Origin: Phoronis australis
Taxonomy: Eukaryota > Animalia > Phoronida
Length of the DNA stretch: 64,000 bases
Assembly (NCBI GenBank): GCA_002633005.1
Contig: NMRA01000072.1
Coordinates: forward strand, 1,043,957 to 1,107,956
Direction of reading: 5' to 3'
Shown here: piece after piece, positions 35,101 through 47,000 of the stretch
Layout of the letters: every line of letters starts with the position of its first letter
Position numbering within the stretch: the stretch's first letter is position 1
The notes under the pieces: generated by a model
The model's database searches: none
Seen by the model: the letters and a program-made list of their open reading frames with translations, nothing else
What the model was told of the DNA's origin: nothing
Made by a program: the position numbers and the translations under genes

Positions 35101-38100
35101 CTCACTCTATCAGACAAGAACAGTTCATCAGGGCAGGTTACTTTGTTATCAGAACAGTTGAATATTTTGGTGGCAATGGTGTTCAGAATTTTATTTCTGG
35201 ATGAAAGAATCTGAGACTAGTTATTCGCATCTGAATCATAAATGTCCCTCTTATGTAACTATTAAGTAAATTTTACTGGCTTTTCTAATGTACACAATGT
35301 CTCCTTTCACACATGTGGTTAGCGCCGGATAATTCTAATACCAAATAATTGATGAGTACTTTTCACATCAGGCTTTGTCCGTTACATTTTATAGCAAATT
35401 CATATGTTCGAAAACTTATTTAGTATCAACTGTTAATGCTCTTAATTGCAGGTGTTTCCTGGCGAGACCTACCATTCCATGGCATCGCTCTCCAAGAGTG
35501 TGCCCATCTTGTCCTGCAGTGGACTCACCAAGAGATTCATAGTTCCAGGCTGGAGAATGGGTTGGATCGTTGTACACGATCGTCACGGTATTCTGAATAA
35601 AGAGGTGTGTTCATTTGTTCACGTGTTCATTCCTTGTGCATATTGAGTGTTCGTGTCTCTTGATAGCTCACCTTGATTTTGTAGTGATTGATTTCTGTCC
35701 GTGTTCCTTTGTTTCTATGCTGCGTTTCTGCTTTACTTGCAGTTCCTGTTCTGATGGGTGAGCTTTTTGTAGTATTGTTGTTGTTCTTGTTGTACTTGTT
35801 GTTTTAATTGTTTAACTGCTATTGTTAATTCTTAATTGTTATTATTATGTATACTGAGTGTCAGTGTTTATTTGTATTTAATTATCATCGGTATTGTTGT
35901 TGTTTTTCATTATTAAAAAGATTGTGTCTGCCCATTTTTGGAGGATTCAAATGTCCTGCTGAAAAAGATTGCCTCTGCCCATTTTTGAAGGATTCAAATG
36001 TCCTGCTGAGAAAAAAAATAAACACTAATAGAAAAAACGTTCTAGAGCATTCTGAATGGAGAAAGCCTGAAGACTTCCGATCAGCCATTTCGGAGAAATG
36101 ATGCTCTGAATTTTAGCCAAATTTGAAATTTTTCTAGGGTCCTACTTAGTGTTAATGGCCCATGTTCATCTGATCACCGTCCCCAATGTTTTCAACAATT
36201 TCACTGAACCTTCGTGTTGTGTTGCAAATACTGCTCAACACATGCCCCGTGTTTTTGTCTTTCTCAATTTTAACGGCCTGGACATTAATTTATGAAATTA
36301 TAATATATTCATTTTCATATTTTGTTAAGTAGTCTCTCTTTTCTAAGAATATCTTTACTAGCTATGGTTTGTTCAGAGTTACCTTTTCTTTACCAGGTAC
36401 GGTCTGGCCTGACTAGTTTGACTACACGCATAATTGGACCAAATACACTTATACAACACGCTCTGCCCAGTATATTGCAGAACACACCTCGAACATTCTT
36501 TGATAAGTGTATCCATTTATATCAGGTAAGAACTAGACTCATTCAACTGACAGAGATCAGCCGGGGAAATGTCATAAAGTCAGGATCCATTAATATTATA
36601 AGGTTTATTCTTGTTTTATTCAACGGTTCCCCCGAAACATTTCTCTACATAATATCCAACTCAGTTTTCATTTACTTGACTTTTATTTCTCATTGTATGC
36701 TTCACTAAAACCTTGCCCAAGTCACCCTGTCATGGAATTGCCCAGTGTGAACTATGCTGTCTCATTTTATGGCCCTAAACTTGTAGCATAACCGTAGTGC
36801 TTTGGTGGGAAAACACAGGACTTCTGCTGCTCTCAATAGTTTGATATTCATCACGGTCACTGTTGGATTCTTTTGTGCTTATCACTATGGTAACTTGTAT
36901 TGTGGTTCTGTGGTGACGAGAGCGGATAGTCCACGGTGGAGCCACGGGGACCCATGGTAGTTTTAAAAAGTTCAGCAACTACTGTAGCAAGCTATAGTGC
37001 ACTGCAATTCATCAGAGATAGAGCATGTTTACTACCAGCTTCACTACAGATGGCCACGGTTACCCCCCATTTCCAGCACCATAAATCGTAACGGTGTGCC
37101 AAGGGCTTAAGCTTTGTAGTGACAACACTGTTATATACATGTATTATTTACACTGTGGATTGCTTGTTTTATAGGAAAATGCCAACATTTGTTTCCGCAC
37201 AATATCAGAAATACCTGGACTGAAACCGATCATGCCCAAAGGTGCCATGTATATGCTGGTAAGGACATGCGTATTGCACAAGTAGATCCAGTCTCAGCAC
37301 AGAAGCCACTTTCATAAAAGAAGTAGCATAGGCATGAATCTATTGAAGCTGAAAATATTGTAAATAAAACTTTGAAAACTTAAACATTTCAGATTTAAAG
37401 TCTTAAGTTGATGGAGAGGCAGACGTAAAAACAGTACTGAAAAATGACAAAGCAACATTTTTTAAATTGAAAACAGTTTATCAGGAATAGACCCACGGAG
37501 TAATGTTAACCAGCAATGGTGTACAGTTGGATGCTGCATTTGATCCTGTAAAACAAATTGTACATACAGTTAAAAACTAATCCACTTATTTAGCACACAA
37601 TATTGATGACAAGCGAAGTTCTATTTTGTCAAATTTCTTCATAAAATAAATATGAAAAAAATGTTGATATGTTACTAGCATGGTTTGTCATAAAACAGGT
37701 TATAATAATTTTTCCATAATTGACTTTGACATAATCAACTTTTGAAAAAGGTGATAAATAGTATGTTCTTGATCACTGGAGATGATTGACTACTTGAGAT
37801 ACGCTTATGTTAAACTTAATTGAAACATTGCACGTTTCTGGAGCAATTGATCCGCTGGCATAGTCTGTCATAGTTTGCTATTCCTATAGTGAAGAGTGTT
37901 GGTAGAGAGGAGGAAAAAGAAATCTGCACTTTCCTGGAACCACAGTGGTGTGTTTGACCTCACAGTCACGTAATCTGATTTGTCTAGTTTGTTTTCTCAT
38001 TACGCTGTTGTGTCTGCGATGTACCTTGTGAGTGTTGGCAAGTCACAAGAGGAGTTAATATCTTTTAAGAGTGCTTTATTGAGAGACGTGAAACATTTCT

Positions 38101-39894
38101 CATTGACATTCTCACAGTTCTTCTCCGTTTCAATTCTAAAAATAAAAAACAAAATGCATAGCAAACCTCACAGATACAGACAAAATGCAAATTCGGCAAT
38201 ACCAAATACGAAAATACCATGAAAAGTACCTCAATACTGCCGCTCCCTGGCTCTCCTCACTGATGCCAAATATGCACTGCCACAATGTGAGCAAATCGAG
38301 TCAGCACACAACAGTTCATACTCAAATGAGGGTCAGGTCACATGCAAATTGCATTCAGACTATTCAGCCATGAATATACACGTGACCATAAGCCACCTGG
38401 AGCAAACAAACGTGAAGTATCTTACATACCTGCCATTGTGCAACTGAATGTTGTTACAGACATGGCCGAATGTATGGACTAAGTTTATTTTGAACAGGAC
38501 AATACATTCTCTCTTTCAGGTTGGCATTGACATCGACAGCTTTCCCTCTATCGCCAACGAAATCGAGTTCACAGAAAAACTGGTCATGGAACAGTCAGTC
38601 TTCTGCTTGCCAGCCTCGGTAAGTTTACCTGGAGCATGGTCACTGCAGTTTGCAAATGATTTGTCAAGATTCTGACACACTGCCAAGATGATTCACCCAA
38701 CTTGCTTGTCGTTCAACTTAGTTGTCTTGATCAGCCTACCTCATGTTCATACTGTGACGGAGTAATTTGATCAAGGTAAAAGGATTAATGAGGCAGACCC
38801 ACAACTCATCATATTAATATACAAACGGTACACCATTGTATTGCCACATATATATGGTATATCATATTTAGACTTCAAGAAAATTAGTATGCTTCTGAAA
38901 ATTATTGTTGTTCTGTGGCTAAATAATTGTGTGTCATACTTATATCTGACAACAGTGCAGGCCTATGTTGTCAGGGCTTGGAATTTTCTGCGGAAACGCG
39001 GATTTCCGCTTTTTTCAAATGTTCTTTCCGCGCATTTTATAATATTTCCGCGTAAAAAAAATTGGATTAGATATAAAATTTCCGCGGCAAATTCCTTTCT
39101 TACCGCGGCGTTGCAGACGACGTTCACCTCGAAAAGCGGAAGTTGCTCTTTATGTTTCGGAGGAACGTAAATTGTCAACATTGCCGGGGCATCTGGGTTA
39201 GCGTGGTGGGATTTTCAATGGCGTCTCGTGTTATTGTAAACCGCGGCGACAAATACTACGGCTCTGCAGCCAAAAGTGTGTGGACTGGGAGTGGACGGGC
39301 GACCTAAAATTTAGGACGCAGACGCATGCTACTGATGTCGGGGAAAGGTTCACATCGACCATTTCAAGGCTGGGTAGCGCGCATAATTTGGGCCGTAAAA
39401 GTTTCCGCGTTTTTTGTCATTGGTCATTCCAAGCCCTGTGTTATACATTCTGTGGCTGTTAATGTAAAGTCATTCCATTCATAGTAGCTATATTACCATA
39501 GTGATTTAGAAGTCACTATGGCAATCTCAAAAAATAGACTGCATGTTCTAATGCTTGCTCAATTTTGTGAGTTCATCAGTTGAGTGCAATTTGTGTTTCA
39601 CGAGTGTGCTTGGAAAATGGCAGTCATTGAAATGATTGGTTGGTGATGTTGAAATGTGGAATTATGGGATGGAATTCAGTGTGCATAATGGGATACTTGC
39701 TCCAACAATTCCAAGCTGTCAGATAGATTTTTTGAAAATAGTGCATAAGCCAAGAGTCAGTTCTGATCAATATCTTTCTCTTCCAGTGTTTTCAATATCC
39801 CAACTACTTTCGACTTGTGCTGACAATGCCACCAGAGAAAGTACAGGAGGCCATGGGAAGACTGAAGCACTTCTGTTCCAAACATCACAAGTGA
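28978..39894 (+). CDS. TAT: Tyrosine aminotransferase (PLP-dependent, fold type I), complete, 10 coding exons, 419 aa
   Basis: Exons 28978-29137, 29505-29609, 31635-31705, 34005-34163, 34631-34822, 35452-35604, 36397-36525, 37175-37258, 38520-38618, 39787-39894 (1260 nt). Motifs [39 protein letters not shown] (PLP lysine), [12 protein letters not shown]. The ATG is preceded by an acceptor at 28975, so the 5' UTR exon is upstream. Confidence 0.97.
29505..29609 (+). CDS. TAT: TAT coding exon 2
   Basis: [10 protein letters not shown]...CNGYGKSY; donor gtaagg. Confidence 0.95.
31390..31570 (+). repeat. Interspersed repeat fragment, homologous to about 47780-47980
   Basis: Shared tttca.gaaaat.ataaaa...atagcccttcatg...gaatctga...gatatg..gttccaaag.cagcca. 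Confidence 0.6.
31635..31705 (+). CDS. TAT: TAT coding exon 3
   Basis: [24 protein letters not shown]; donor gtaagt. Confidence 0.92.
34005..34163 (+). CDS. TAT: TAT coding exon 4
   Basis: [15 protein letters not shown]...PRPGFSLY...YNLL; donor gtgagt. Confidence 0.95.
34631..34822 (+). CDS. TAT: TAT coding exon 5
   Basis: PDKDWEADL...[11 protein letters not shown]...ADEIYAHV; donor gttagt. Confidence 0.95.
35452..35604 (+). CDS. TAT: TAT coding exon 6
   Basis: VFPGETY...[18 protein letters not shown]...NKE. Confidence 0.95.
35916..36010. repeat. 47-bp tandem duplication in a TAT intron
   Basis: aaaagattg..tctgcccatttttg.aggattcaaatgtcctgctga twice. Confidence 0.9.
36397..36525 (+). CDS. 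TAT: TAT coding exon 7
   Basis: [31 protein letters not shown]...LYQ; donor gtaaga. Confidence 0.95.
37175..37258 (+). CDS. TAT: TAT coding exon 8
   Basis: [28 protein letters not shown]; donor gtaagg. Confidence 0.95.
38520..38618 (+). CDS. TAT: TAT coding exon 9
   Basis: VGIDIDSFP...[10 protein letters not shown]; donor gtaagt. Confidence 0.95.
38972..39438 (+). mobile_element. 467-bp MITE, inverted copy of 22077-22581, in the last TAT intron
   Basis: Same 13-bp TIR; flanks tgttgt / tgttat (5/6 TSD). Confidence 0.92.
39787..39894 (+). CDS. TAT: TAT coding exon 10 (terminal)
   Basis: [35 protein letters not shown]. Confidence 0.95.
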   Translation, partial: CFQYPNYFRLVLTMPPEKVQEAMGRLKHFCSKHHK

Positions 39895-41863
39895 ACAATG
39901 GAGGAGCTTACCCTCGCATAATGAGCTTCATTGCACACATACACATACAAGCGAGTGTTACGGTAAATTGTCTCCAATTTGGGACAGCAAAAAATTAATT
40001 ATTTTGGTCAAGGTCAGAGCTTGCCCCAAATTCTAGAAATGGACAATATTGGCAATCCCAAATACAAGAATCATGCAAAATATTGCAAAATTTCCCACAT
40101 TTGAGAAGTGTGGTGGACCACAAAATCGCCCTTGCCCCAAATTTCAGAATATTCAATTCTTGCGATAGTTTCCATGTCCCAAATTCTAGAGTCTACCCCA
40201 AATTTAAGAATTTTTACTGTGCATACAGCATATTACAGCATCTTTGAACAAAACAGGTGTGTTCAGCAAAATGTCATTTTTACATTTGGGGTTAGTGATA
40301 TATTGTTATGCTATATTTTTGTTTGTTAAAGGAAATGGGGTGAAATTTGGAACAATCCATATACTCCATGGTATTATCATGTATAATTAGAAAACGTAAC
40401 TCGCCGCATCAAAAAATAGAGGGTTCTTCCCCAAAATATCCAAAACAATGTTTTCATTGATGGCACTGCATGGGGTATTTTAGTATTCAAGATTGTCAAT
40501 GACTCCAATCTACTTATTTTCTACCCATATTATGTTTTCCACTTAATTTTACTTGTCAAGGAACATAACCCTACACTTTGAAATGTCAAAACCAAAAAAT
40601 CTGTTTTTCAGTGAATTTATGAAATATAAACAACGGATGTTTTGATGCCATGTTTATTAAAATGTGGCCTCACAAATGTCTTGTAAGCAACTGCACAGTT
40701 ATGTTCATTCACTATGCCGTGGTAAGATACTTATTTTGACTTAACATCCAGTGCGACCATAAACAAAAAAAGAATATTTCCACAGCAGTCTGTGGGCTAT
40801 TTCGTAACAGGTTTGCAGATTTTTGTTTGAGAATCTTAAAAGAGACTGTTCGTTAAGTTTTCTAAAGAAATAGGAGGAAATTACCATCTTTCCCCAACAT
40901 AATATTTTTAGAAATGCGAGTCGTTGATAATCTTCACGGGTGCTCTTCGTCTAATCCAACTATTGTGCTTAGTAAGTTTAAATGTCAAGAACAAGTTGAT
41001 GACTTCGTCTAAAGTGTCCATTCATTGGTAGTCATTTGATCAACATTGTAGATTAAGACGACCATGCACAAACATTCCTTAATCAGTTTACTTTGAACAA
41101 TTGTTTTGCGTTAATTTTGATTTTTTCGTGTTTTGACGTATCATATGGTGCCTATGTATATATTCGTCTTTGCTGGTATTTTTCAGGCATTTAGAAATTT
41201 TATTATTGGACAATGTTCTATTTTTAGAGCACCGTTATCATTCCAGGCTAGTATAGAATATCGTTTTAACGTGTGTGTATCGTGTTGTGCACATATTTGC
41301 TGATCTGTTTGGTTTCGAAGACAACTGAAGCATAATCATGATGTAAATTTTGGGCAGCTAAAGAATCTCCTGTAATTGATTGATCTGGTTCTTTTTTAAC
41401 GTGAGCATCTATTTTTAATGGGGTTGTGAAGGTGGATATGTTTTTATTAAAAATGGAGCATTGTCTCAGAATTTATTTAAGCAACATTAATGTTGTAAAG
41501 GTTTGTTTTACATTCTATGCATTTTGCTGTGTGTACATTAAATGAGCATATCAGTGAAGTCAGAATTTCAGTTGATATTGTGGATCTTGGAGTTATGTTA
41601 ATCTTGGAGTTAGGTGAATCTTGGAGTTATGTGAATCTCCTGTTAGTTATTAGCACTAAGAAATTGCTGTGCACCAATTCCAAATTTAAGTGTCATAAGT
41701 CTGGTCACACTCCGTCAGATTAGACGACTGTGATCCAGTAACAACAGCTCCATTTACATGCGGCTAACCATTGTTAATGTTATGTTTATGTACTTAAGAG
41801 TGCTAAAATTATTATCTATTTTGAAGAGTTACTTCAGGAATATATTCATTAAAGTACCAATGC

Positions 41864-41980
41864 CAATTCAGTGTATTTGTGGTGTTAATAAATAAGGGTA
41901 TGGATCTCATTATTTAATTCAATTTAGTGTATTTGTGGTGTTAATAAATAAGGGTATGGATCTCATTACTCAATTCAATT
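41864..41980 (+). terminator. 56-bp tandem duplication carrying two AATAAA signals (candidate TAT polyadenylation region)
   Basis: AATAAA at 41887-41892 and 41943-41948 in duplicated units, about 2 kb after the TAT stop. Confidence 0.5.
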
Positions 41981-42705
41981 GTAGTTGCAGCGGCTCAAAG
42001 CCCATGTTCCATCCATGAAACTTAATTTTGAATAAGACCACTTACTGCTATAAACTTGGTCGCGGCTTAATCTTTACTCAAATGAGAAATGATTTTTAGT
42101 CTTGCAAAGTACTACCAGGTCACTCTAGCTCAAGACTATACTCGGCCAATAAAAACTTCGTTGAAAACACGACTAAACTTTTTGTTTGAAAGCTTGATAC
42201 CGAGTCAGTCGTATGTCCAAACAATCTCCTTTCTTCGGGTGTGCAGGTATGTGGTAAAAAATTGAGAGACATAACAAACAAATCAAAACACTAGCTTTAC
42301 TTCGAGACTGCATGTCTCATCATCAGGCAATAAGTGAAATGAACATATACGCAGCATGAAATGCCCGTGACAACGGGAGGAGGGGCATACAAGCGGAGAG
42401 TGTGAAAGCAACCCCCTGTAAGAAGCTGATTGAGTGACTCAGTATTGAGCTTTCGAACAAAAAGTCATGTTTTCAACGAAGTTTGTGTTAACGAAGGACT
42501 ACTATCGAACTATACTGACTTCGGCTAATAAAATGAAACGTTTCGACTTGTTAACCAATACCGAAATATCAGTTCTTTCCAACTCCAGAAATCACGTTCT
42601 ATTTTGACTAAGTAGCACCTTGAGACCAATTTGATAACAGTAAGTGGTCTGAATCAAAAGTTGTGTTTTTGTGAGACAAGACAGGCCAACAGCTGCAGTA
42701 ACTAA
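41980..42705. mobile_element. Nested fold-back element with long inverted repeats
   Basis: Outer arms include agaccacttactgctataaacttggtc (42035) and gaccaatttgataacagtaagtggtct (to 42650); inner arms 42153-42207 and 42435-42484. Confidence 0.75.
42291..42333 (-). ncRNA. Degenerate type I hammerhead-ribozyme-like motif
   Basis: Minus strand ttattgc-CTGATGA-t-GAGAC-atgca-GTCTC-GAA-gtaAAGCTAG: core CUGAUGA, perfect 5-bp stem II and AGCT palindrome; GAAA interrupted and stem I poorly closed. Confidence 0.45.
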
Positions 42706-43929
42706 TCAAAAGCTTTCACTACAAGTAACGCACGTCTCATAGCACATTTAAGAACACGACAACTATTCAGTGCTTTATAAAAATCTTCACACAATAGTCG
42801 AGATAATTATTTCCTTTAAAATATCCAAGGAGCAATATGCAACAGCAGTTTCTTCTGAACTGATATGCTATACACTAATAAATAATGACACGTCAACACT
42901 CAAACATGACTGAAAGACGCATGTCAATGTCCTTTTAAAGGATTTCACAGCTAAATTTCACAAAACAATTTGCTCCACTGAGCAGATGGTGGCAAGGACG
43001 GAACAATGTTAAGTGGCAAAGCCTGTAATACTAAAACAGGTGTAACAATTTTGGACGGAAGACTCGAAGCCACAAGTCTTGGAATGTTGTTTCACTCCGT
43101 TCAAGAACTATTAGTAACGCCCATTACTTCCTGGGATATCCCAACAACATACATAGTTTGCCTATGTTTTAGAACTTACTCTCAGTGGCACTGCGTACAT
43201 ATTTTGCAATATTGCCTAGCTGATAAGGCTAACTAGCCATTCATAAGAATCATTCGAATGACGCAAACTGACACTTGACTATAGAGCCAACTGTGACGTT
43301 GTGCACAGAAATGACTGAAGCTTGCAACATAAGCTACTATGCAGCAAGTAAAAGCTATAAATGGGGATGCAGTGCAGGTGTTCTATATCAAATCTGAAAG
43401 AATTCTCTTTTACCCAATATCAGGGTCAACTTGGAGTCCTCTGAAATCTGTGATTTTCAGAAGGAACTCTTGTTGCATGTACTTTGTTGGAGTAAATGAC
43501 AAACAAATGTACTGATTACAAGCAAGAAAGATTACATTCCCATCAGATCATACTTTCTCACAAAATGGTTGCACAAGATCCCTATTTCACTCCCTCCACC
43601 TCTCCGACATTACTGGTGGGCCATGGTTCCTCCAGGATCCCCCTCTTCAGTATACTATTCTGCACTACTCTCACCCTGTCACCATGGGTAACCTATCACT
43701 CAGCTCCAGGAGTCTTCTGCAGTGCAGACAAGCTAGAAATCTGCAGTTGAACCACTCTAAATGTTCCTCCATTAACCCCAAGCCAGACTCGTCTTATTGT
43801 ATAGTTCTCAGTGTCTCTCCCAGTAACCCTGACTAACTGAGAGGTCTTCCACTGTACAACCCTAAGTGTATCCTGTAACCACGACAAGCCAGACACCTGT
43901 AGCACTCTCTGTGACCCCAGTAACCCTGA

Positions 43930-44030
43930 CTAGCCAGACATTTCCTGTTGCACGGCTCTCAGTGCCGCGATACATTCGACTGTCACGTTCAGGGTGCCAA
44001 TCACTGTACTCTCATCATCCACATCCACAA
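43930..44030 (-). CDS. RPGRIP1L: RPGRIP1L terminal exon
   Basis: IVDVDDESTVIGTLNVTVECIAALRAVQQEMSG*(TAG). Confidence 0.92.
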
Positions 44031-47000
44031 CTGAAAAACATAGATTATAATATCAAATAAGTGCTCTGCAACAAATCATGTAAAAACACCAAGTTCAGAT
44101 GCTTCCAAAGATGTGCAAAACCATGAGACAACCAGTTTCCAGGAAATGTAATAAAATAACCAGTCCCCAGTCTGTTATTTGTAATTTATCTTAATTTTGT
44201 CTTAAGATCGAAAAATTGATGGATGGAAATTTTGGTATAAGTAGACATATTGGAAAGAATCATATTCTGAACACAATGCCCACTTTATGTCTTTTGTCAA
44301 AAGTTTGCTAATTTTCCCGTATAGTTCATCTGACAATTTGTCCAAAACATAATTGTAGACGGTCTGGTACACACTGTACCAGACATGTCTGGTACACACT
44401 GTACCAGACATGTCTGGTACACAGTGTACCAGACATACCAGACATGTCTGGTACACAGTGTACCAGACATGTACAAGTTGCACAGGTGGCTCCATTCCAT
44501 TGATCAACTGTAACCATTTCAATGGTTTATCAATATATAGTTAAACCAAGCTCAGGAGCAAGAGACCTGACTTTAGGCTCTAACAGTGTGCCCCAGTGTG
44601 CCCCATGACTCTGAGTAAAGGAAGTGGACACTTTTCCCACTAGACCACACTGCCTCCTCAAATTCTCCAACTCAACCCTTTGTCATATAGTCAAATAAAT
44701 ACAGTGCTCCTCTTGTATCAGTTTACAACAAAAAAGGCCTATAACCAACACACTATACAAGGGAGTCCATTCTAAAACTGACCAATTTTAAAACGTGTGA
44801 CATGCTTTGAGTAAACCTTCAAATTTCATATGGTGTGATTTGTCAATTTCTAGTCAAGTCTTGAGTGACATTAGCTAGGAGTGATTTAAAGCCACCAAAA
44901 TAGTTCAACTCACTTTACATAGATCCTGCTTCTTAGGAATTCATAAGATGTTATGAGAAAATTCAGTGACCAAGCCTCTGTATTTCTCACCACCCCCTTC
45001 ACCACTATCACCCACTACTTCCACTCCTGTCACCCCTACCACTATCATCAACCCCATCATTGCAACCACCACCTCCACTTACTACCATCACTCTCAGCAT
45101 CACCCTCACCCCCAGCCAACAACACCACTACAACCACCCTCGCCACCCCCAACAACTAACACCACTACCACGAACACCCCTCACCCCTACCACTGCCACC
45201 ACCATCACCCACACCACCGCAGTGGCCCCCACGACTACTGCCACCACCATCACCCACACCAAAGCAGTGGCCCCCACGACTACTGCCACCAGCACCACCC
45301 ACTTACTATCTACATCCTGGTCCATCAAGTCATGCCCAGTCTTGAGTATGTCACGTAAACTAACAAAGGCCAGTCCCACATCACAGCACTCTTCATCATC
45401 ACTGTCTTCACTGGGCTCACTCACTATGGTGAAGCAGATCCTACAACACACAACATAACACTAAATACAGTGAGAAGCTACTGAACAGACAAGCAGCTCA
45501 GTTCTCTGAGTAACCTCCAGCAACTTAGACAGTCAGACCTTACAAAAACTGACCCCCTGCAGCTGTTTTGCTTCATGCCTGATCATGTGACTACAACCCC
45601 CAAGTGGTCATTCTCAAAGTTTGCTAAATGAGAAAGCATCAGCTATCATTCAAAAAGCATTAAATCTGCTGCAGACTTCTGTAACTGACAAGATCATCTT
45701 GAGGTCCCATGCAAAAACACTTCGAATCAGAATGATCATTTCATATTTCTGTAGATAACCTAAGTTTACGAGTTAGAACACCAGTGAACAAACTTCTTGC
45801 CAATAAATTCTATGCCACTGGACTATGATGAATTCACACAAGATGTTTACTTAGGTCAAAGTTCAAGCATGTAGCACCTCTTTGTTGACATACACACGAT
45901 CTTGAATACCTACCTGCCATCATCAGGGTCGTCAGGTAACAACATGCTCGCCAGGTACTGCCTGTGTTCGTAGTTATTCTCCATGTCCACATGGAACACT
46001 ACAATAACACGTGTCATAAACAGAATGTAGTTCAGAACTCAAGCAAAGAATCATTTACCCAATAAAAGCAAGTTCGTCTTCTATTGAGCCGTCAACTCTT
46101 TTATTTTTCATTTTGTGGGCAACATTTGACAAAGAAGTACAACATAAGATGTGACCATTACCAGCCAGACCATCAATTTCAAGAGGCAAGAAACTCAGTT
46201 CAGATTCACCAAATGCGTTTCACACATCATCACATAACTGCGTTTTTATAACTCATGCGTCTACATAAGCAAAAGAATGCATTTTTTCAAAAAAAACTTT
46301 TGTACCCCATCATTTTTCTCATGTTCAGCATAAAAGGTGCTCACTTATAGCTACACGAGTCTCAATTCGAAAAACATGCATTATTTTGGTTATGTAGATG
46401 CATAATACGTAGGTAAATCAACCTTATGGAGAGCAACATCCGCCTTTTTGGAAGTAAATGCCACAAACAGTTCATGATGGTAAGAGACAGTTTACCGAGA
46501 TGAGCATGCTTTTGAAAATATCAGTAATTATGGATGACCTTTGAGCGAACATTGCTCGTACCTTTCCTGAAGTTGAAAGCGATCTGCGACAGTGGCTTAG
46601 GTTTAGGCAGTGAGAACGGTGTCTCAAGCTCTTCCGCCGGGTAACCAAGGAAACGGTACTCCACAAACAGCTTCTGGATGGCCGGGTTCTGGATGGCCTC
46701 ACAGTGGTCCTCCAGACTTAGGTGAGAAATGATGATGACCACCGTGTCTGACACCTGGTGGTGACAGCAAGAGTTAGCATGTAATGAAAACACACACGCA
46801 TGCATGCACACACACACGCATTATAACATATACATTCAATAAGGGGTATTGAAAGGAAGCAGTTCTTATTACTTATTTGCACAAAAATGCCATAAATGTA
46901 ATTTTCAAAGGCTGACTACCTTGCCTCCAATATCTAATTTTTGTTTAAGAAAGAACAAATTAAGTTAACAGTATACGATAAAGAATTTTACTTTTGTAGA

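Noticed and set aside
44953-45458. Thr/His/Pro-rich mucin-like ORFs on the plus strand
   Set aside because: They are translations of an intronic CAC-rich simple repeat antisense to RPGRIP1L.
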